Shown: positions 16,687 to 23,300 of the stretch, piece after piece | How the letters are laid out: each line of letters starts with the position of its first letter | How positions within the stretch are numbered: the stretch's first letter is position 1 | Virus record (IMG/VR): IMGVR_UViG_3300040985_001119 | Coordinates: 1 to 41,892 of that record | Strand: one strand, 5' to 3' | Origin: a virus | Lineage: Duplodnaviria; Caudoviricetes | Length of the DNA: 41,892 bases | The notes under the pieces: generated by a model | The model's database searches: none | What the model was told of the DNA's origin: nothing | Seen by the model: the letters and a program-made list of their open reading frames with translations, nothing else | Position numbers and translations under genes: made by a program

Positions 16687-16726
16687 GCCTCTTGTGGGAT
16701 TCGAACCCACACAACCCATTAGAGGC
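16687..16726 (-). ncRNA. tRNA-like minihelix (acceptor stem + T arm only)
   Basis: GCCTCT-A-ATGGGTTGT-GTGGG-TTCGAAT-CCCAC-A-AGAGGC. Confidence 0.6.
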
Positions 16727-16732
16727 ATAAAG

Positions 16733-16999
16733 CTAAATCATGTTTCTAAGCTGGCGCGTATTGCGTTCAACGAACTTCTCAACATCGGGCCTAAGTTGAG
16801 ATTGGTGCTTTGAAGTTGTTACGCTGTATTTGTCTGTGTTGCGATACCATCGGCCCGCTTTGAAGATATACATAGGAAAGTGATAACCGTAGGAATAGAC
16901 AACGTACATTTTGCCTTCTTTGCGTCCGAATGTGTTGTTACCTTGGAAATCTGTCTTTGACTCTACCAGCCTACGCGCATTGCAGTTTGACGTTTTCAT
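16733..16999 (-). CDS. Conserved-type early phage protein
   Basis: YVVYSYGYHFP...KYSVTTSKHQ motif pattern; GGGGGTTTATCATG. Confidence 0.65.
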   Translation of the reverse strand: MKTSNCNARRLVESKTDFQGNNTFGRKEGKMYVVYSYGYHFPMYIFKAGRWYRNTDKYSVTTSKHQSQLRPDVEKFVERNTRQLRNMI

Positions 17000-17057
17000 G
17001 ATAAACCCCCATAAAGGTGAAGAACTGAACAACTGTAGCAATGATATATATAACACG

Positions 17058-17207
17058 TCAATACGGGTGGACGTACTGTGCTGCCGTTAATCCGTTTACT
17101 AAGGACTGAACAACTAAGGTTAAGCGCATTGATGGTGTTTGATACCCCGCATAGTCTGTGCAGAAGCCTGTAAGCCGGTAACGTCTGATATATGCTCGAG
17201 AACTCAT
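17058..17207 (-). CDS. First small early protein
   Basis: AGGAGG RBS just downstream of the promoter. Confidence 0.45.
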   Translation of the reverse strand: MSSRAYIRRYRLTGFCTDYAGYQTPSMRLTLVVQSLVNGLTAAQYVHPY

Positions 17208-17248
17208 GACTGCCTCCTGTGGGTGGTTGCGCTTCTTAAATCTGTTGA

Positions 17249-17277
17249 ATACTAACATGTAATTACACATAGGTCAA
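17249..17277 (-). promoter_or_regulatory. Early leftward promoter with palindromic operator-like spacer
   Basis: TTGACC-N17-TAGTAT with TGn extension; TGTAATTACA palindrome in the spacer. Confidence 0.55.
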
Positions 17278-17367
17278 TACAAATCGTAATCTTTCTTGCC
17301 TATCCTTACCTTATACCCCATATTCACAGCATCTAACCAACATTGAGACACGCCGATAGGAGACAAC

Positions 17368-17913
17368 ATGACAAAGGTCATAACGCCAGATGAACATCAG
17401 CAGATTGCCATATATACGGAGATATACCAACATAACGGAAAGCCAATGTGGGCACACATAGGCAGGCTGCTCAACATGCCGCCAACAACAATAGAGACGA
17501 TACACACGAAGAGACCAGAGGTGCTCGCTAAGGCACGTGAAGGACTCGACATGGAAGCTATAACACGTGACCATACGGAGGCCATTACAAATCAGATACG
17601 CTCTGGAAGCAATGCCTTAGCGGTTCAAGGGCAGGCGAGAGCCCTGGAATTGATGGCTGATCCTGACTCAAAACCGAGAGAATGGAAGGACGCTGCATTA
17701 GCTACGTCTATTCTTACGGATAAGCAGGCTGATGTGCACGGTAGGCCGTCCAGATACAGTGCAGCACACCAGAAGATCGAGCACACCGGCAACGTATCAG
17801 TGACTATACAACTGGCAGGCAGGCCCACAGAGGAGCTTATCGAGTCGTGCAAGGCAGACCAATTGCCAGGCCGTACAGAGATCGCTAACGTCAAGGGAGA
17901 CAAGGCGGTATAG
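17368..17913 (+). CDS. Putative terminase small subunit
   Basis: N-terminal HTH (WAHIGRLLNMPPTTI), helical middle (AALATSILTDK), C-terminal QKIEHTGNVSVTI typical of TerS; followed by a non-coding stretch. Confidence 0.6.
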   Translation: MTKVITPDEHQQIAIYTEIYQHNGKPMWAHIGRLLNMPPTTIETIHTKRPEVLAKAREGLDMEAITRDHTEAITNQIRSGSNALAVQGQARALELMADPDSKPREWKDAALATSILTDKQADVHGRPSRYSAAHQKIEHTGNVSVTIQLAGRPTEELIESCKADQLPGRTEIANVKGDKAV

Positions 17914-18411
17914 GCATCAGTTAGAGTGATGGTTTAAGTGTCGAAAAGGTTGACACTTTTATATTTTGTTTGGGACTCCTGCTGTTATTATATCCCTGTT
18001 TTAGCGAGGAGTATTTGCTTCGATGTTTTTGGCAGTCATTTTGTCCGAGTGTATTCTGTTGTCATTGTTGGCGTTACGAGTCATATTTCGGGGTTCTGTC
18101 GTTTGTTTTGTCCAGTATCTTGGCGTACAGCACTGTGTCTTGTTTGTTACATTACGAGACGTGTCTTTAGTTTAGTCTGGCGGTACTACGGAAGTGCATG
18201 TATGGTTGTGTAAGTGATTTGGTTTGGCAGGGTGTCTTTAGGCTTTTAAGACTCATACTCTTTATAGTCTTTATACGTATGCGCGTGCGGGCGGGGTAGG
18301 GTTAGGCTGATATTGGGGTAAATCTTACGTTGTGTCTTACTTCGGATCTGAGTGGGTCTTGGCTACCTGGGACTTTGAGCCTAAGTTCGTTAATTTAGAG
18401 GGGGTTGGAAA

Positions 18412-18588
18412 ATGACCATTGAGAAAGCGAAAAGGTTGATTGCTAGCGCAAAGGGTCAGGTTACTCAGGAGGGCCGGTGGGAGTTTGTTGCTTACCCCCA
18501 CAACGACGGGGCAGAGCGGACAGGTTTCGGTTGGCCTGTTGGAACTTCTGAGGCATCGAAGTTGGAGGTGATTATGCGGGTGGAGTAG
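18412..18588 (+). CDS. Small hypothetical protein
   Basis: 58 aa, GAGGGG RBS. Confidence 0.45.
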   Translation: MTIEKAKRLIASAKGQVTQEGRWEFVAYPHNDGAERTGFGWPVGTSEASKLEVIMRVE

Positions 18589-18667
18589 AAGCGGGTCTCC
18601 ACCGTAGGGGACAAGTAGACTTTGGGTAATGTTTACAGTAAGTTACAAAATACGTGATTTGGGGGTT

Positions 18668-18808
18668 ATGATGAACTGGAAGCCAGGTGTAGAAGTCGAG
18701 ATAACGGTTAGTGCGGATCTGGCACGAAAGCTGGAGAAGATGTGGGCTGCGGAGGAGGCGAAGATGAAAAGCTGGATCGATACGGACCTGTGGGGCAAAA
18801 CTACTTGA
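18668..18808 (+). CDS. Small hypothetical protein
   Basis: 46 aa, GGGGGT RBS. Confidence 0.45.
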   Translation: MMNWKPGVEVEITVSADLARKLEKMWAAEEAKMKSWIDTDLWGKTT

Positions 18809-18832
18809 CGTGTTGTTTCAGGGATGTACATT
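18805..18832 (+). promoter_or_regulatory. Sigma70-like promoter
   Basis: TTGACG-N16-TACATT. Confidence 0.65.
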
Positions 18833-18856
18833 GATACTGTCCAGTAAGTGAACATA

Positions 18857-18980
18857 GCGTCGCACAACGCGTAGGTATTTAGGTCTCCGGTGTGCGCTGG
18901 AGGCCTAAATTGCTTTGGGGGACGAGCATTCTTCTCGGTGTCCCTACCAGCTTTATCGTTGACGAGCCAGCCGGGAGGAG
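18857..18980 (+). ncRNA. Structured leader: kissing loops plus H-type pseudoknot
   Basis: Loops CGCACA/TGTGCG; pseudoknot stems 18918-23/18940-45 and 18929-39/18970-80. Confidence 0.6.
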
Positions 18981-18991
18981 GGGGAGTTCTT

Positions 18992-19156
18992 ATGAAGGAA
19001 TTGGTTGATGGTGTGTGGGAGATGCCAGCGGAGGAGTTGGTGGATGGCCTCTTGAGTACAATCCTTACGGGGTCAACTACGATCCTTGTCTTTCTTGTGG
19101 TGGTCCTTGTAGTCCTGAAGACGGCCGAGCACATCTGGAAACGGGGTAGCAAATGA
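18992..19156 (+). CDS. Small single-TM protein
   Basis: ILVFLVVVLVVL; GGGGAG RBS. Confidence 0.55.
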   Translation: MKELVDGVWEMPAEELVDGLLSTILTGSTTILVFLVVVLVVLKTAEHIWKRGSK

Positions 19157-19476
19157 CTGACAACGAGTACGCGGCTACGGAGATCATGGGGTATACGGTA
19201 GAAGCCTGTAGATCTCTTGATAAGAGTTATTACGTTAGCGATAAGGGCATAGAGTGGGGCAAGGTCGATTGCTGGCTTCCTGACTCCAACTACGAGCAAC
19301 TCAGGCTTGTGGAGGAGAAGGTAGGGCATGCTTGGTCGTGTGCTCATAGGATTGACAAAAGATTCGTGTTCCGGTCAAGTGGTGTCTTGGTGAGTGGTGA
19401 TTCCGAACTCGCCGCCCGTCTTGAGTTAGCCCGAAAGTGTCATCGTCAGAGTATCACGGAGGACTCCGATGCTTGA
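19153..19476 (+). CDS. Phage ABA-sandwich-like domain protein
   Basis: AATEIMGY...WLPDSNYEQLRLVEEK pattern. Confidence 0.45.
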   Translation: MTDNEYAATEIMGYTVEACRSLDKSYYVSDKGIEWGKVDCWLPDSNYEQLRLVEEKVGHAWSCAHRIDKRFVFRSSGVLVSGDSELAARLELARKCHRQSITEDSDA

Positions 19477-19636
19477 ACTCCTCGCCGAAGGATATGCGGT
19501 TCAAAAGCAAATGGGCTATCCCGCTCAAAACTACTGGATGGAGTATTTCTTTTGTGCGGTGTCGGAACACTGTAGGAATGGTGGCAAGATGACGTTTAAG
19601 TTGGACAAGGGGGCTTTCGATGCTTCTGGCGATTGA
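19469..19636 (+). CDS. Small hypothetical protein (55 aa)
   Basis: GGAGG RBS; tiles the gap. Confidence 0.45.
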   Translation: MLELLAEGYAVQKQMGYPAQNYWMEYFFCAVSEHCRNGGKMTFKLDKGAFDASGD

Positions 19637-19952
19637 CATTATTAACGCTCTTCGGAAGTCCGACCCCTATATCGAGACCATATACACACAGGGCGGATGT
19701 TATCAGCTCCACCTCTTTTTGAAGGCGTTGTACCCCGAGGCTCTTCCGGTGCGAGATAAGACATTCGCCCATGTGGGTACGGTGATAGACGGCCAGTGCT
19801 ACGACATTCGAGGAGTAGTGGGTTGGTCGTGGTATGTCATGGATAACGAGGAGGTAGCAATAGCGGAGAAATGGTCGTTCGCAAGATCCCAAATGCTCCA
19901 ACTCGGAGAATGCCCTGTTTGTGAAGAACCTCTATTGTTGGAGGTGGCATAA
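19620..19952 (+). CDS. Hypothetical protein with possible Cys-His-Asp papain-like triad
   Basis: YTQGGCYQL...HVGTVIDGQCYDIRG; C-terminal CPVC. Confidence 0.55.
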   Translation: MLLAIDIINALRKSDPYIETIYTQGGCYQLHLFLKALYPEALPVRDKTFAHVGTVIDGQCYDIRGVVGWSWYVMDNEEVAIAEKWSFARSQMLQLGECPVCEEPLLLEVA

Positions 19953-20446
19953 TGTTACTCGCCATAGACCCCGGCAACGAGATGAGCGGATGGGTTCTAC
20001 TTGATGGATATACTCCGGTGGAGTTCGGGAAGGACTACAATGAGGTGGTCCTTGATCGGGTCGATAGCGCGGGGTTATTCCCTAAACATGATCCTGACGT
20101 CCTCGTAGTGGAGATGGTGGCCTCATACGGGATGGCGGTCGGGCAAACTGTCTTCGATACGTGCGTTTGGATTGGGCGCTTTTGCGAACGGTTTAACAAT
20201 GGCCCTGACGAGTTCTTGTACCGTAAAGACGTGAAGATGAACCTCTGCGGGAATAACGCCGCCAAGGACTCCAACATACGCCAGGCTCTCGTAGATCGCT
20301 TCTCCTACGACAGACACAAGGCTAAAGGAGGCAAGGGGACGGTTAAAGATCCCGGCTTCTTCTACGGCTTTAAGGCTGATATTTGGCAGGCGTACGGATT
20401 GGGAGTTTCCTACCTTGACTTACAATCTAAGAATGGTACATTATAG
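19952..20446 (+). CDS. RuvC-like Holliday junction resolvase
   Basis: LLAIDPG..SGWV, LVVEMVASYGMAVG, AKDSNIRQAL, ADIWQA. Confidence 0.75.
   Translation: MLLAIDPGNEMSGWVLLDGYTPVEFGKDYNEVVLDRVDSAGLFPKHDPDVLVVEMVASYGMAVGQTVFDTCVWIGRFCERFNNGPDEFLYRKDVKMNLCGNNAAKDSNIRQALVDRFSYDRHKAKGGKGTVKDPGFFYGFKADIWQAYGLGVSYLDLQSKNGTL
20415..20442 (+). promoter_or_regulatory. Sigma70-like promoter
   Basis: TTGACT-N16-TACATT with TGn extension. Confidence 0.65.
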
Positions 20447-20473
20447 GTGCTTGAACAATGCGAATACAAACTT

Positions 20474-20548
20474 ATAAAAGAACCGAGTTTTCCAGTGCCG
20501 TGAGGTCTGGAGCGTTTTCGCAGACGCAAGCAGACTCGGTTTTTTTAT
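20474..20548 (+). ncRNA. Three-way-junction leader upstream of the HNH endonuclease
   Basis: 17-bp closing stem, GTGA (GNRA)-capped hairpin and a second hairpin; ends in T7 next to the SD. Confidence 0.65.
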
Positions 20549-20559
20549 TGAGGTGTACT

Positions 20560-21030
20560 ATGAAGAGGCCGTTTAAAAGAAGGGGACTGCCAGAGGATCG
20601 ATTCAGGGCAAAGATCCAGGTTAATGAGGAAACTGGTTGTCATGAGTGGACCGCTTATTGCGACCAGAAGGGGTATGGGGCATTCAGCTTTGATAGAAAA
20701 GTGGTCAAGGCACATAGGTTTGCTTACGAACTTGCTAAAGGGCCTATCCCGGAAGGATTGCATATCGATCATCTCTGTCGGAACAAGAGTTGTGTCAATC
20801 CCGAACATTTGGAGGTTGTTACTCTTGCCGAGAATAACCGGAGATACAGTCAGTCCAGAACACATTGCATCAAAGGCCATGAACTTACTGAGGCAAACAC
20901 TTATACCTTTAGTAGACGCAGAGCTTGTCGTAGATGCCATATTGATAGATCTGAAGTGTGGAGCAAGGCTAATCGGGATAAAAGAAACCGAGCGTGGAGA
21001 GCATGGAGCGCAAGAAAGCGGGGTGTGTGA
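20560..21030 (+). CDS. HNH homing-type endonuclease
   Basis: GCHEW, KAHRFAYE, IDHLCRNKSCVNPEHLEVVTLAEN, THCIKGH; GAGGTG RBS. Confidence 0.9.
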   Translation: MKRPFKRRGLPEDRFRAKIQVNEETGCHEWTAYCDQKGYGAFSFDRKVVKAHRFAYELAKGPIPEGLHIDHLCRNKSCVNPEHLEVVTLAENNRRYSQSRTHCIKGHELTEANTYTFSRRRACRRCHIDRSEVWSKANRDKRNRAWRAWSARKRGV

Positions 21031-21033
21031 AAG

Positions 21034-21477
21034 ATGGCTGAACTTGCGGGTAAGTTTGAAAGTGTAAGTCAGGAATGGGAAACACCAGACGATTTGTATG
21101 AGCGGCTGGATGTACTCTATGGCTTTACTCGGGATGTGTGTGCTGCGGAGGACAATAAGAAGTGCGATGACTTCTGGTCCACTTCAAACTCTTGTTTGGA
21201 CAAGGAATGGGACGGAGTAAATTGGATGAACCCTCCTTACAAGGACTTGAAGAAGTTCGTCCAAAAAGCCCATGATGAGGCATTTCGGGCAGTCACGGTG
21301 TGTCTTATTCCAGCCAGAACGAATACTAAATGGTGGCATGAACTTTGTATGCAGGGAGAGGTTTCTTTTATCTGTGGCCGTCCCAAGTTTAAGGGTTGTG
21401 TGCATGGGTTGCCTCAGCCCCTGGCTCTTGTGGTGTTTGGTCAAGGGAGTGGGGTTATGGAGTCTTTTTATCTTTAG
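21034..21477 (+). CDS. Phage DNA N6-adenine methyltransferase (Dam-like family)
   Basis: EWETP, DVCA, WMNPPY, LIPARTNTKWW, GRPKF. Confidence 0.9.
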   Translation: MAELAGKFESVSQEWETPDDLYERLDVLYGFTRDVCAAEDNKKCDDFWSTSNSCLDKEWDGVNWMNPPYKDLKKFVQKAHDEAFRAVTVCLIPARTNTKWWHELCMQGEVSFICGRPKFKGCVHGLPQPLALVVFGQGSGVMESFYL

Positions 21478-21490
21478 ATTTACAGGCTTC

Positions 21491-21568
21491 TACCGGGCCT
21501 TAGCCGACAGTGCCTTAATCAGCGGATAGGTCTATTCCGTGGGGGTTGAGGTGAGCCAAGGTCCGGTA
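21491..21568 (+). ncRNA. Long irregular hairpin preceding the tRNA
   Basis: TACCGGGCCTT/AAGGTCCGGTA outer stem, GCCTTAATC/GGTTGAGGT middle stem, GCGGA/TCCGT inner stem; many G-U pairs. Confidence 0.5.
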
Positions 21569-21575
21569 CGATAAA

Positions 21576-21657
21576 GCTCCCGTGGCGAAACTGGAAGACG
21601 CAACAGACTTAAAATCTGTGGCCTAACGGCGTGGAGGTTCAAGTCCTTCCGGGAGCA
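21576..21657 (+). tRNA. trnL: tRNA-Leu (anticodon UAA), CCA not encoded
   Basis: GCTCCCG/CGGGAGC acceptor, ACAGA-CTTAAAA-TCTGT anticodon arm, long variable arm, GGTTCAAGTCC T arm, discriminator A. Confidence 0.93.
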
Positions 21658-21665
21658 TTCAACAA

Positions 21666-21726
21666 GGGGCGAGATACCCCACCCCCCTCGGCGTGATCTC
21701 GCCTCGTCATGATAACGCGCCGGGGG
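21666..21726 (+). ncRNA. H-type pseudoknot between the tRNA and the next RBS
   Basis: S1 21666-75/21696-705 (10 bp), S2 21685-95/21716-26 (11 bp), then AAAGGAGATATATG. Confidence 0.6.
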
Positions 21727-21737
21727 AAAGGAGATAT

Positions 21738-21944
21738 ATGGACGATTGGAGATTGTACTCAGGTTCTGTGGCAATTGATTTGAATGAGCCAGGCCCGACT
21801 CTTGGTGAGATCATCGTTCAAAAGCAGGAGGACTATTTGAGGAGCGGGGTGAAGTACATGAGACAATTGCTCCACGCACACCTCCTACCTGAAGGTAAGG
21901 CTGTGGAGGTCCAGATGGGAGTAAGTCATTCACCCCCGGAATAA
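21738..21944 (+). CDS. Hypothetical protein
   Basis: Strong AAGGAG RBS. Confidence 0.55.
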   Translation: MDDWRLYSGSVAIDLNEPGPTLGEIIVQKQEDYLRSGVKYMRQLLHAHLLPEGKAVEVQMGVSHSPPE

Positions 21945-22458
21945 ACCATACGGGAAGGACCAGTTAGACGTTCCTGACCGAGATGTCATCGGTAAAGCAG
22001 GGGAGGATGCTTTTGATATCTGGGGAGGTGAATATGTTTATATGCCCTATAAGGATATTGTACTCCCTATGGGTGATCCTGGGTGGGACGCGATAACTCC
22101 TGCTGGCCTTGTAGATGTAAAGACGTACAGGAAGCCGTGGAATCTCTTGAGGGAGTATGCTGTCCCAGAGGTGTCTGACATCTACGTGCTTGCACAGTAT
22201 TGGGATGCGGTAACTCCGGTTAAGTTCTTAGGGTGGGACTGGGCGTTTCAGATGCTGGCATGGCCCTCCAAAGACAACGGGCATGGGAAGATAAACCACA
22301 ATATGCCTGCGAAGTATCTTCAGTCTATGGATAAGCTCATGGACCTCTTCAAGGGGATACCGTTGGGTGAACCAGCCGAGAACTACATCAAGATATTTGA
22401 AGAGGGTAAGGGTGGAGACTTCGCTCGGAAGGCTCGATTGGAGAGAGAAAGTAGTTGA
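21928..22458 (+). CDS. PD-(D/E)xK-type nuclease-like protein; start unresolved
   Basis: IGKAGEDAF...DPGWD...VDVKT motifs; the first motif lies upstream of the first ATG (22042). Confidence 0.55.
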   Translation: MHPRNKPYGKDQLDVPDRDVIGKAGEDAFDIWGGEYVYMPYKDIVLPMGDPGWDAITPAGLVDVKTYRKPWNLLREYAVPEVSDIYVLAQYWDAVTPVKFLGWDWAFQMLAWPSKDNGHGKINHNMPAKYLQSMDKLMDLFKGIPLGEPAENYIKIFEEGKGGDFARKARLERESS

Positions 22459-22459
22459 C

Positions 22460-22801
22460 ATGATGGTTGATAACGTGTATAGACAGAGTATCTACGAAGA
22501 CGGAACATGGTTTACGCCGAATATACTAAGCATAGTTGAAGGAATGAAGATCATCCACGAGGGGTGGGCGATGCGACACATCTGTGATTGCGGACATTTC
22601 ACCGATACAGGCCCTGGCGATTGGACGTGCCGGTGGTGTGGGAAGCCTTCAAATCCCGTGGAAGAAACGACGTCCTGGACCGTATCTGGTGCTAACGGAA
22701 AACAATATAAGTACGAGGGCCAACGCCCCGAGATAGGCGACAAAGTTAAGATCGTCCGTCCGGGGCGTGATGTTTATGTGAAGGTGGCTTCCGTTGCGTG
22801 A
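22460..22801 (+). CDS. Zn-ribbon protein
   Basis: CDCGH...WTCRWCG. Confidence 0.55.
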   Translation: MMVDNVYRQSIYEDGTWFTPNILSIVEGMKIIHEGWAMRHICDCGHFTDTGPGDWTCRWCGKPSNPVEETTSWTVSGANGKQYKYEGQRPEIGDKVKIVRPGRDVYVKVASVA

Positions 22802-23090
22802 CTCTCTCACTGAAATGCACTACCATGAGACGATCTACCGCAAGGGTGGATTGAAAGAGTATCGGGAGCAAGATGTTCCCGTGATAGACTCAGTGGGCAC
22901 GACGACGAGGGAAGCCGTGCCTGTAGACTGCTTTATGTGCCACAAGGAGTTCTATGTACGCGAGGGCGAAGAGAACCTCTGTTTTTCGTGCAGGGACTCG
23001 GTTAAAGGTGTCCGGAAGCGGTACGATAGAATGATGAAGAGGTTGGAGAAGGCCGAGAAGATGGCGAATAACGAAGTTACTGATTGGTAG
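22794..23090 (+). CDS. Zn-finger protein
   Basis: CFMCHKEF...LCFSCR. Confidence 0.55.
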   Translation: MRDSLTEMHYHETIYRKGGLKEYREQDVPVIDSVGTTTREAVPVDCFMCHKEFYVREGEENLCFSCRDSVKGVRKRYDRMMKRLEKAEKMANNEVTDW

Positions 23091-23173
23091 AGGGCGCAGT
23101 ACCCACAACTTAAACGTACTTGACCGGCATTATAGGATGCCTATACATCCTTTATGTCGGTTTTTTGCGTTTA

Positions 23174-23290
23174 GGGGAGGCGGCTTGCGGAAGGGGTCCT
23201 CCCCCACACTTCGGTGTGCTACTGCTCTTTCCGCGAAGGCGGCGATACTCCGGGGTCTGGGACGCCGCTCAACCCTCCTCCCAGACTCCG
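23174..23290 (+). ncRNA. Tandem H-type pseudoknots in the late-operon leader
   Basis: PK1 23174-80/23198-204 and 23187-96/23225-34 with a C(UUCG)G hairpin; PK2 23239-44/23263-68 and 23251-62/23279-90. Confidence 0.65.
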
Positions 23291-23300
23291 AAAAGGAATT

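Noticed and set aside
16687-16726. attP or full tRNA gene
   Set aside because: No integrase was recognised, D and anticodon arms are absent, and the element has its own complementary 5' strand, unlike a copied tRNA 3' end
17938-18213. Cys/Val/Phe-rich ORFs after terS
   Set aside because: Composition follows from the T/G skew; no RBS or recognisable motif
20474-20548. HEARO/omega-RNA (IscB-type RNA-guided HNH)
   Set aside because: The RNA is only ~75 nt, and the protein is a plain 156-aa HNH without PLMP or split RuvC motifs
21666-21726. HDV-like/theta ribozyme at the tRNA 3' end
   Set aside because: A CAC/GTG P3 with a CCTCGG-like loop can be drawn, but there is no GG for P1.1 after P1, no good P2 partner or catalytic-C junction, and it starts 8 nt from the tRNA end. 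A simple H-type pseudoknot fits better.
23174-23290. tmRNA, suggested by tandem pseudoknots
   Set aside because: No tRNA-like acceptor/T-arm termini or tag peptide ending in Ala-Ala nearby
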